Of a stretch of DNA of 64,000 bases, positions 37,468-45,838 are shown piece by piece. The stretch is from a virus, in the IMG/VR virus record IMGVR_UViG_3300011116_000922, positions 1 through 64,000 of that record; one strand, given 5' to 3'. The notes under the pieces were generated by a model. That model did no database searches and was not told where the DNA came from. It was given only the letters and a program-made list of their open reading frames with translations. Position 1 is the stretch's first letter; the number at the start of each line of letters is the position of its first letter. A program made the position numbers and the translations under genes.

Positions 37468-38682
37468 ATGGCTAACGAAAAGATCGAAGATGTCATCAAG
37501 AAAGTAATCCTCGGTGAGAACTTCCTCGCTGAGAACTCGGACACCGAAGAGGTGGAAGAGGTTGAAGAACTAGAGGAAGCAAAGAAGGACGCAGAGGAGT
37601 CGGAGGACGAAGAGTCCGAAGACGAAGGCGATGAATCTTCCGAAGACGAAGACGATGCCGAAGAGGAAGACAACAAGCCTGCTTTCCTCAAGGGCAAGTT
37701 TGGCAAGAAGGGCGTGAAGGAAGGCGCAGAAATCAACGCGCTCAGCATGACCGACCTCAAGGGCAAGAAGTACACCACAAAGGATGACGCTTACTCTGAT
37801 CCCAAACTGTACAAGACCGCTGACGGCAAGACTGCCAACATTGGCAATGCCGTTGATCTTGACCACAGCGGCAAGGCAATCAGCGATGACAAGTACAACC
37901 GCAACACCATCAAGCCCAAGGCAAGTGCTGCCAACGGCAAGGTGGAGAAGCCCAAGGCTTCCGTCAAGGAAAGCGTTGAAGCCCTGTTTGCAGGCAAGGA
38001 ACTCAGCGAAGAGTTTATGAGCGAAGCCGAGACTCTGTTTGAGGCTCATCTTGCTGTTCGCACCGAGGAGATCGAAGAAGAACTTCAGGGCAAGTATGCC
38101 ACTCTGCTAGAGGAACACACCCTAGCCGTGACCGAAGAAATGGTTGAGCGCATTGATGAATACCTCAACTATGTGGTCGAAGAGTGGATGCAGGAGAACC
38201 GCCTTGCTGTGAACAACGGTCTTCGCACCGAGATCACCGAAGGCTTCATTGAACGGCTCAAGGGCGTGTTTGCCGAGTCGTACATCGAAATCCCCGAAGA
38301 GAAACTTGATCTCTTTGAGTCTACCGTTGAGGACTTTGAAACCCTCAAGGGCGAACTGGACGAGCAGGTTTCCAAGAACATGGAGATCAACGAAGAGAAC
38401 GAACAACTCCGTTGCGAACTCCTGTTCCGCGAACTCGCAGAAGGTCTAACCGACACCGAGACTCAGAAACTGCGCAATCTCGCTGAGAGCGTGGAATTTG
38501 ATTCCGTGGAGCAGTTCGCAGAGAAACTTGCTGTTCTCCGCGAGAACATCGAAAACATCGGCACCGTTGCCGTTACCGAAACAACCAAGGAAGACTCCCT
38601 TGAAGAGTCCTACGAGGAAGGGTCTGATGCTTCACCACTCATGGAAGCGTACATCCGCTCCATGAGCAAGAGCAAGGACTGA
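37468..38682 (+). CDS. gp22: Prohead core scaffold gp22
   Basis: ELSEEF, IDEYLNYVVEEW, GLRTEITE.F, YIEIPEEK, M.AY; very acidic N-terminal region. Confidence 0.93.
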   Translation: MANEKIEDVIKKVILGENFLAENSDTEEVEEVEELEEAKKDAEESEDEESEDEGDESSEDEDDAEEEDNKPAFLKGKFGKKGVKEGAEINALSMTDLKGKKYTTKDDAYSDPKLYKTADGKTANIGNAVDLDHSGKAISDDKYNRNTIKPKASAANGKVEKPKASVKESVEALFAGKELSEEFMSEAETLFEAHLAVRTEEIEEELQGKYATLLEEHTLAVTEEMVERIDEYLNYVVEEWMQENRLAVNNGLRTEITEGFIERLKGVFAESYIEIPEEKLDLFESTVEDFETLKGELDEQVSKNMEINEENEQLRCELLFRELAEGLTDTETQKLRNLAESVEFDSVEQFAEKLAVLRENIENIGTVAVTETTKEDSLEESYEEGSDASPLMEAYIRSMSKSKD

Positions 38683-38742
38683 ATTTACTTTCACACATTC
38701 CAGTCAAGCGTTGACTGATTAAACCTAAAGGAGATACTACAA

Positions 38743-40209
38743 ATGGCGATCAATAACGATCTACTCACCGAACAGGCTATCCGTAAGTGGAAGCCCGTTC
38801 TGGACCATAGCGATATGGCTCCAATCACAGACCCACACCGCCGCGCAATCACGGCTACCCTCTTGGAGAACCAAGAGCGCGCCATCAAGGAGCAGATGCT
38901 TGTTGAGGCTCCCGGAGCCGCCAACATCATCGGTGGCGGTGCATCCCCCACTGTTGGTAGCGAAGGCGGCATCAAGGGCTACGATCCAATTCTCATCCAG
39001 TTGGTTCGTCGCGCCATGCCCAACCTCATGGCTTACGACATCTGCGGCGTTCAGGCTATGTCGGCTCCGACAGGCTTGATCTTCGCAATGCGTAGCCGTT
39101 ACAGCAATCAGAGCGGCACCGAAGCCCTGTACAACGAACCACAGGCAACCTTCTCGGGTGCAGGTGCTACTGCCAGCCCCGGCGCACTCGGTACTGTTGC
39201 AGGTAGCACAGGCCCAACCGGAACGCTTGCTTTTGATGCTTCTAACGCAGGTGTTGATCCGTTCTTTGGCTACGCTGGTAGCAGAGATCCGGGATCGGCT
39301 AGCGGTCTAACCTCTGGCTCCGGTCTTGCTACTGCTTACGGCGAAGCCAACGCTCCTGCCGAAATGGCATTCAGCATTGAGCGCGTTGCTGTACAGGCTG
39401 CAACCCGTATGCTTGCTGCATCCTACTCGGTGGAACTGGCTCAAGACCTTAAGGCTGTTCACGGTCTTGACGCTGAAACCGAACTCGCCAACATTCTCAG
39501 CACGGAAATCCTTGCTGAAATCAACCGCGAAGTCGTTCGTACCGTTTACCGCACTGCTAAACTCGGAGCGCAGCAGACCGATCTGTACTACAAGACGGTC
39601 TACGGCGGTCTGACCACTCAGGCTAGCGGCACCAACTACGGTGGCGTGTACGATCTCATTCAGGACTCGGACGGTCGTTGGAGCGCGGAAAAGTTCCGTG
39701 GTCTGATGTTCCAGATTGAGCGCGAAGCCAACAAGATTGCCAAGGATACCCGTCGCGGCAAGGGCAACTTCATCATCTGCTCGGCAGATGTTGCCAGTGC
39801 CCTCGCAATGGGTGGCTTCCTGAACATCAGCCCCGCGCTGAATGTCAACCTTGATGTTGATGACACTGGCAACACCTTTGCCGGAACCCTCAACGGTAAG
39901 ATCAAGGTTTACATCGACCCGTATCAGGATGTCAGCAGCGGTACGAACACCAACTTTGTCTGCGTTGGATATAAGGGATCTAGCCCTTACGATGCAGGCG
40001 TGTTCTACTGCCCCTATGTCCCGCTACAGATGATGCGTGCAGTTGATACCACGACCTTCCAGCCCAAGATCGCGTTCAAGACGCGCTACGGCATGGTAGC
40101 GAACCCCTTCGCTGAAGGTGCTTCGCAGGGTCTTGGTCGCCTGACCGACCGCAGCAACCTCTATTACCGTATCTTCCGCGTGGACAACCTCCACGGCGTG
40201 GCTTCGTAA
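38743..40209 (+). CDS. gp23: Major capsid protein gp23
   Basis: KW.PVL, LLENQE, LVRRAMPNL, ELAQDLKAVHGLDAE, DGRWS.EKF, DAG.FYCPYVPL, FKTRYG. Confidence 0.98.
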   Translation: MAINNDLLTEQAIRKWKPVLDHSDMAPITDPHRRAITATLLENQERAIKEQMLVEAPGAANIIGGGASPTVGSEGGIKGYDPILIQLVRRAMPNLMAYDICGVQAMSAPTGLIFAMRSRYSNQSGTEALYNEPQATFSGAGATASPGALGTVAGSTGPTGTLAFDASNAGVDPFFGYAGSRDPGSASGLTSGSGLATAYGEANAPAEMAFSIERVAVQAATRMLAASYSVELAQDLKAVHGLDAETELANILSTEILAEINREVVRTVYRTAKLGAQQTDLYYKTVYGGLTTQASGTNYGGVYDLIQDSDGRWSAEKFRGLMFQIEREANKIAKDTRRGKGNFIICSADVASALAMGGFLNISPALNVNLDVDDTGNTFAGTLNGKIKVYIDPYQDVSSGTNTNFVCVGYKGSSPYDAGVFYCPYVPLQMMRAVDTTTFQPKIAFKTRYGMVANPFAEGASQGLGRLTDRSNLYYRIFRVDNLHGVAS

Positions 40210-40233
40210 TAGAAAGCACTAACCTTACGGATC

Positions 40234-40261
40234 GGGGGAGAGGGAAACCTCTCCCCCTTTT
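40234..40261 (+). terminator. Rho-independent terminator after gp23
   Basis: GGGGGAGAGG-GAAA-CCTCTCCCCC perfect 10-bp stem, GNRA loop, then TTTT. Confidence 0.92.
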
Positions 40262-40270
40262 CGTTTGGCG

Positions 40271-40278
40271 TATAAATA
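40271..40278 (+). promoter_or_regulatory. T4-type late promoter TATAAATA
   Basis: Exact T4 consensus, directly after the terminator and just before the gp3 ATG. Confidence 0.85.
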
Positions 40279-40285
40279 CTTACAC

Positions 40286-40813
40286 ATGTCTATTCCCTAC
40301 AACTTCACCGATATCGAACAGGGCATCCTAGACCGATACCCCCAGTACTTGAATCCGTTGCTGCCGACCTACTATCGGTTCAGCATTGCGCGGCTTCCCA
40401 AGGTATCGTTCTTCTGCCAAAGCGCATCACTGCCCACCATTACCATGAGTGAAGTGATAATGCCCACGCCCTTTGTTCAAATATCCCGTCCGTCCAAGAT
40501 GGAATTTGATGAATTGAGCATTAGTTTCGTGGTGGATGAGAACATGGGCAACTGGTTGGAAATATACAACTGGATGCGGTCGGTCACCAATGTGGAAAAC
40601 TATGACGAGTTCCGTCCCACGAACACCCATGTGTCCACCGCAAACCTGATTATTTTGAATTCCAAAAAGAACCCAAAGTTGAATGTCACCTTCAACGACA
40701 TCTATCCGCGAAGCCTGACATCCATCGACTTTAGTTCTTCCGTGATTGATCCCGAGCCGTTCGTAGCCACCTGCACTTTCAAATACCGCAGTTACGAAAT
40801 AGAAGTTCTTTAA
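40286..40813 (+). CDS. gp3: Tail completion protein gp3
   Basis: FSIARLPKVSFFCQSASLP, F.VDE.M.NW.EIYNW, F.D.YP.SL; start refined to ATG 40286. Confidence 0.9.
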   Translation: MSIPYNFTDIEQGILDRYPQYLNPLLPTYYRFSIARLPKVSFFCQSASLPTITMSEVIMPTPFVQISRPSKMEFDELSISFVVDENMGNWLEIYNWMRSVTNVENYDEFRPTNTHVSTANLIILNSKKNPKLNVTFNDIYPRSLTSIDFSSSVIDPEPFVATCTFKYRSYEIEVL

Positions 40814-40825
40814 GCGAACTTGCCC

Positions 40826-40853
40826 TTGACAACTTGCCGATGTAGTGTATACT
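40826..40853 (+). promoter_or_regulatory. Sigma70-type promoter before uvsY
   Basis: TTGACA-N16-TATACT. Confidence 0.7.
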
Positions 40854-40873
40854 CCTCCAACGGAGATTTTGCT

Positions 40874-41308
40874 ATGACCCTAGATGACATCCGCAAAGAA
40901 ATACAACGAGACATGGTATTGGACGAATCGGCTCTTGATATAGAGTCGCTGAAGATTCCCCAATTGCACGGCAAGTACCTGAACTATCTCATGGACGAAC
41001 GGCTTGCAATGCGGAAAGCCGAATTCGAATACAATGCCATGATGAAGACCAAGTGGGAATACTACACAGGCAAGATGCCCCAAGAAGAACTGACTGCGCG
41101 TGGATGGGAGCCGTTTCCTCTAAAGATTCTGCGAAACGATCTTGACTTGTACCTGAACTCCGATGAAGACCTGTCCCGACTATCGCAGAAGTTCCTCTTT
41201 CAAAAAGAAAAGGTGTCTCTGCTTGAGGAAGTCATCAAGGAACTAAACACCCGACATTGGAAGATTCGTAACGCAATTGAATGGAGGCGATTCACTAATG
41301 GTCAATGA
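40874..41308 (+). CDS. uvsY: Recombination mediator UvsY
   Basis: ESLKIPQLHGKYL, KWEYYTGK, PF.LK, IRNAIEWRRF; start refined to ATG 40874 after GGAG. Confidence 0.92.
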   Translation: MTLDDIRKEIQRDMVLDESALDIESLKIPQLHGKYLNYLMDERLAMRKAEFEYNAMMKTKWEYYTGKMPQEELTARGWEPFPLKILRNDLDLYLNSDEDLSRLSQKFLFQKEKVSLLEEVIKELNTRHWKIRNAIEWRRFTNGQ

Positions 41309-41849
41309 GTGGGATTCCCTAATGGAAGACGATCCTGAAAACGAGGATCGTGACGGCGTGTACCTGACCGATATTTGGAACATGGCATCGCAACACAGCG
41401 CGGATCTAAACACCCAAGTGGCATCGGCTATTGTGTCGTGGAGCGGAGGCATTATTCTTGCAGGATGGAACGAGGTTCCCCCACAACTGGCATCCAAGGG
41501 CTACCCCAAGTGCCACGAAACCAAGAATTTCTGCACCGAACACGCAGAACGCCGTGTGCTGTACAAGGCAGTGGAAAATCGAATAACTACTGATAGGCTG
41601 CAATTGTACACCACATGGGCAGCGTGTTCTGAATGTGCCCGAGCCATCATTCAGTTTGGAATCAAGCGGGTGGTTACTTTCCGCCGATTGGTATATCGCA
41701 CTTCACCCAGTTGGGAACAGTCCATCCGTGAAGGGCTGACCATGATGCGGGACGCAGGAATACAGGTAGTGGGGTGGAACGGTGAAATGCACACGCATCG
41801 CAGCATATGGTTCAACGGAGAACTACTGGACAAAACGGCAGTACGCTGA
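41298..41849 (+). CDS. dCMP/cytidine deaminase family protein
   Basis: Zn-deaminase motifs HAE and CSEC, ARAIIQFGIKRVV. Start uncertain. Confidence 0.8.
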   Translation: MVNEWDSLMEDDPENEDRDGVYLTDIWNMASQHSADLNTQVASAIVSWSGGIILAGWNEVPPQLASKGYPKCHETKNFCTEHAERRVLYKAVENRITTDRLQLYTTWAACSECARAIIQFGIKRVVTFRRLVYRTSPSWEQSIREGLTMMRDAGIQVVGWNGEMHTHRSIWFNGELLDKTAVR

Positions 41850-43354
41850 TGGTAGACCTTGATGTAAACATAGTCGATTCTGTTTGGCTTCGCGTTCAGT
41901 GTGAGCGCGGCATTGCCAAGGAGTTGTCTGATTACTTTACATTCAAGGTTCCCGGTTACAAGTTCATGCCAGCGTATCGCTCCCGGATGTGGAACGGCGA
42001 GATTTGCCTGTACAACATCCACACGCAACAGATTTACGGTGGTCTTGCGGAGTACATCGTGAAGTTTGCGGAGGAGCGTGGTTACAGCATAACCATGCCT
42101 GCAAAGAATGATTTCAAGATCACGCCCGAAGGCGTACAGCAGTTCATTGAGGAATTCCTGAAGGTTTGCGTGGGCGGCAAACGCGCAAAAGCACACACTC
42201 ATCAGATCAACGCAGTGCATCACGCAATGGAGAAGGAGCGGTGCTTGCTGCTGTCTCCAACGGGTTCGGGAAAGAGCCTAATCATCTACTCGCTGCTGCG
42301 GTACTACTTGGACAAGATTCCCAAGAACAAAAAGGTGCTTATCATTGTTCCCACCGTTTCACTGGTAGAACAGATGTTTTCTGATTTCGCGGATTACTCC
42401 GGTGAGAACGGATGGGATGTGGGCAAGAACTGCCACAAGATTATGAGCGGAGCGTCCAAGATCACAGACAAGCGCGTAGTCATTTCCACATGGCAGAGCG
42501 TGTTCAAGCAGACCGAAAAGTACTTTGAGCAGTTCGGTGCAGTGATTGGTGATGAAGCCCACTTGTTCAAAGCCAAGTCCCTGACTTCCATTATGACCAA
42601 ACTCAAGACCTGTCCGTTCCGTGTTGGAACCACGGGAACGCTTGACGGCACACAGACGCACCGCCTTGTGCTTGAGGGGCTGTTTGGTCGTGCCTACGAA
42701 GTCACCAAGACCAAGGAACTCATGGAGCAGAAGATCCTGAGTGATCTGAAGATTGACTGCATCGTGTTGCAGTATCCACGCGAAGACCGCGAAATGGCAA
42801 AACGCGCCAAGTATCAGGACGAGATCAAGTGGATCATTGGGTCAAATCGCAGGAATGCGTTTATTGCAGATATGTGTGAAAAATTGAAAGGCAACACGCT
42901 AGTACTATTTCAATTTGTCGAAGGACACGGTGCAGAACTACATAAGTTAGTGGAGGAGCGCGTAGGCTCTACTCGTAAGGTTTTCTTTGTACACGGAGGA
43001 ACTGAAGCGGGAGAGCGAGAAGACATCCGCAAGATTGTTGAACAGGAAGAGAATGCAGTCATTATTGCTTCCTACGGAACATTCAGCACGGGCATCTCAA
43101 TTCGCCGCCTCAACAACATCCTGTTTGCCTCGCCATCCAAATCCCGTATTCGGGTGCTGCAAAGCATCGGTAGGCAGTTGCGAGTATCCGAACACAAATC
43201 AGTGGCAAGGCTTTTCGATATTGGTGATGATCTGTCTTGGAGGTCTTGGACTAATCACACAATGCGACACATGAACGAGCGTTTAAAAATATACGAATCA
43301 GAAGGATTCTCTTACAAGGTAGTCAAGGTAGATATAGGAGACAAGAAGACATGA
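41849..43354 (+). CDS. uvsW: DNA helicase UvsW
   Basis: SPTGSGKS, DEAH, TGT, GTFSTGI, LQSIGR; start refined to ATG 41849. Confidence 0.96.
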   Translation: MVDLDVNIVDSVWLRVQCERGIAKELSDYFTFKVPGYKFMPAYRSRMWNGEICLYNIHTQQIYGGLAEYIVKFAEERGYSITMPAKNDFKITPEGVQQFIEEFLKVCVGGKRAKAHTHQINAVHHAMEKERCLLLSPTGSGKSLIIYSLLRYYLDKIPKNKKVLIIVPTVSLVEQMFSDFADYSGENGWDVGKNCHKIMSGASKITDKRVVISTWQSVFKQTEKYFEQFGAVIGDEAHLFKAKSLTSIMTKLKTCPFRVGTTGTLDGTQTHRLVLEGLFGRAYEVTKTKELMEQKILSDLKIDCIVLQYPREDREMAKRAKYQDEIKWIIGSNRRNAFIADMCEKLKGNTLVLFQFVEGHGAELHKLVEERVGSTRKVFFVHGGTEAGEREDIRKIVEQEENAVIIASYGTFSTGISIRRLNNILFASPSKSRIRVLQSIGRQLRVSEHKSVARLFDIGDDLSWRSWTNHTMRHMNERLKIYESEGFSYKVVKVDIGDKKT

Positions 43355-44181
43355 GAGCCAAGAAGTCATCCCTCCGAGTCTTCAAACTGCGTAGCGGTGA
43401 AGAGATCATTGCCAAGATTGCGGGCAAGCCCCGTGGCAAGATCACCGTTGAGCGTCCCATGAAAATCAACTACTCTGTGGTTGCAGATCATTTCACTGGT
43501 CTGCGTAAGAGCGTGATCTACTTTACCGATTGGTTGGGTGGGGCTACGGAACTCACCGCAAGCATTCCAACAGATTTTATTCTCATGGATCTGACCCCGG
43601 ATCCTGACATGGAAAAACTGTACACCACACAGATGCAATCGCAAGACGAGTTCCGTGCTGCTGATTTGGCTCAACCAAAGTCTGATCCGGCTGATGATCT
43701 GGGCCCTGTGCCAACAGAAGAAGAATTAAAGAAACTGGATGCGCTCATGGAGGCATTTGGGTTGGCTAAAGACGAAGATCCGGTGGATCCAATGGAAAAG
43801 CCCAAGACCCCCAAGCCACCGTTCCCGTTTACGCCCATGTCTCCCATGCCCCCACAGCAGCGTGGCGTGGTGTTCAGCATCTCCATCCCCAATGAACTGA
43901 TGAACGAGTGGGTTCAGTCAGGCATAATGGATTATTTGAAGGACTGCATGGATGACTTTATGGAAAATGAGATGGCAGATTTTATGAAGCCACCTCCACA
44001 GCCAAAAAAGAAAAAGAAGGCATCGGCTAACAAGGAAAAGCAGTCCAAGGAATCGTGGAAGCCACCCACCGAAGAAGAAGCCAAGCACCCCGAGTTCGGC
44101 AACAAGTTTAATGATTGGTCGCCATTTCTCAAAGACTATATTTCAGGAGCCACCGGAGAAAAACCACCGGAAGGTTCTTGA
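43351..44181 (+). CDS. Hypothetical protein, Sm-like N-terminus with Pro/acidic extension
   Basis: VFKLRSGEEIIAKI...VERPMKI; occupies the uvsW-gp55 slot. Confidence 0.7.
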   Translation: MRAKKSSLRVFKLRSGEEIIAKIAGKPRGKITVERPMKINYSVVADHFTGLRKSVIYFTDWLGGATELTASIPTDFILMDLTPDPDMEKLYTTQMQSQDEFRAADLAQPKSDPADDLGPVPTEEELKKLDALMEAFGLAKDEDPVDPMEKPKTPKPPFPFTPMSPMPPQQRGVVFSISIPNELMNEWVQSGIMDYLKDCMDDFMENEMADFMKPPPQPKKKKKASANKEKQSKESWKPPTEEEAKHPEFGNKFNDWSPFLKDYISGATGEKPPEGS

Positions 44182-44206
44182 CAGAGCGTGTACCCCGTGA
44201 TACTAT
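44178..44206 (+). promoter_or_regulatory. Sigma70-type promoter before gp55
   Basis: TTGACA-N17-TACTAT with extended -10 TG. Confidence 0.75.
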
Positions 44207-44222
44207 TCCATGAAAGAACACT

Positions 44223-44780
44223 ATGAGCAAGAAAAAGACCGATCACTACATTGACAATAAACGATTCTTCGAAGAGATGAAGGCATGGAAGGTGCTTGTG
44301 AATGCTGCCAACAAGGAAGGCAAGCGACACCCTCCCGTGACCGATTACATCGGGGAGTGTTTCATGGCTATTGCGGATCGTCTTTCGCGTAAGCCCAATT
44401 TCATAAACTATCCGTATCGTGACGAGATGATATCGGATGGAATTGAAAATTGTCTGCTGTACGCATACAACTTTGATCCCAAGAAGTCCACGAACCCGTT
44501 CTCGTACTTCACGCAGATCATCTATTACGCTTTCCTTCGCCGGATATCCAAGGAGAAGAAGCAAGCGTACATCAAACTGAAGAAGATTGAAAATTCAGAT
44601 ATCGACTCCACTCTGAAGAAGTGGTTCCGCGAGAATTATCTTGGCGGCGCGGACAACAAGCCATCGGTTCTCACCGAGTCAGACATCAACAACTTTGAAA
44701 AGAAGAATGAGCCGGAAGAAAAGCCAAAGGCAACGGCAAAGAAGTCCAAGACCAAGAAAAAGGTTAAAGGCAAGAAGTGA
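44223..44780 (+). CDS. gp55: Late sigma factor gp55
   Basis: HYIDN, YIGECF, PNFINY, MISDGIENC, NPFSYFTQIIYYAFLRRI.KEK. Confidence 0.96.
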   Translation: MSKKKTDHYIDNKRFFEEMKAWKVLVNAANKEGKRHPPVTDYIGECFMAIADRLSRKPNFINYPYRDEMISDGIENCLLYAYNFDPKKSTNPFSYFTQIIYYAFLRRISKEKKQAYIKLKKIENSDIDSTLKKWFRENYLGGADNKPSVLTESDINNFEKKNEPEEKPKATAKKSKTKKKVKGKK

Positions 44781-45838
44781 AAATCCCGATCATAACTGAT
44801 ACGCACTTTGGGGCACGGAACGACTCTCCCGTGTTCTTGGAGTATTTCATGCGGTTCTTTGACCGCGTGTTTTTCCCGTGGGTGGAAACGCATCAGCCCA
44901 AGTACATCCTGCATTTGGGTGACTTTCTTGATCGCCGGAAGTTCGTGAATTTCTCAACGCTGAATGCTGTCCGCGAGGGATTCGTCAAGCGATTGGAAGC
45001 GTCCGGTGCAGAGATGCACTGCATTCTTGGCAACCACGACATCTTCTACAAGAACACAAGCAATGTGAACTCCATGCGTGAACTGTTTTCGGACAAGTTC
45101 ATTGTGTACGAGAAGCCCACGATGGTTGATTTTGGTGGGCGGTCAATTGCTTTGCTGCCGTGGATCAACAAGGAAAACGAAGCCGAGGCACTGGAATTCG
45201 TTCGCACCGTTCCCGCAGACATTCTGTGTGGGCATCTAGAACTGCACGGATTCAATGTGCTGAAGAACACCCCGTTTGACGGTGGCATGAATGCCGATAT
45301 ATTTCAGCGGTTCTCTGCTGTCTATACGGGACACTTTCATTGCCGCCACAGCAGGGGCAATGTGCATTACTTGGGGTGCCCGTATCAGATCACCATGAAT
45401 GATTACGGCGACAAGAAGGGCTTCCATGTACTGGACACGGACACAGGCGAACTGGAGTTTGTTCCTAATCCGTACACCATATTCACCCAGTTGCGGTACA
45501 ACGATACCGAGGCTGATGCTGCCACGCCCATCACTGTGGACGAGGTTCGGGTCAAGGGCAAGTTTGTTCGTGTGATTGTTGAAGCCAAGACCAAGCCGTA
45601 TCTGTTTGAGAAATTCGTGGATTCGCTGTATGCCAATCAGCCGCAGTCGGTCACCATTATTGAAGACCTGAATCCTGAAACGGCAACGGAAGAGAATGTG
45701 GATCTCACGGAGGACACGATTACAATAATCAATCGTGAAATAGATTCTTTGCAGAATGTGGACGGTTCCCGCTTGAAAGCGTTGTTGCGGGAACTGTATA
45801 CTGAAACACAGGCACTTGAGAACACCAAACAGCAATGA
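44777..45838 (+). CDS. gp47: Recombination nuclease gp47 (Mre11/SbcD-like)
   Basis: DTHFG, GDFLD, GNHD, GHLE, GHFH. Confidence 0.96.
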   Translation: MKIPIITDTHFGARNDSPVFLEYFMRFFDRVFFPWVETHQPKYILHLGDFLDRRKFVNFSTLNAVREGFVKRLEASGAEMHCILGNHDIFYKNTSNVNSMRELFSDKFIVYEKPTMVDFGGRSIALLPWINKENEAEALEFVRTVPADILCGHLELHGFNVLKNTPFDGGMNADIFQRFSAVYTGHFHCRHSRGNVHYLGCPYQITMNDYGDKKGFHVLDTDTGELEFVPNPYTIFTQLRYNDTEADAATPITVDEVRVKGKFVRVIVEAKTKPYLFEKFVDSLYANQPQSVTIIEDLNPETATEENVDLTEDTITIINREIDSLQNVDGSRLKALLRELYTETQALENTKQQ

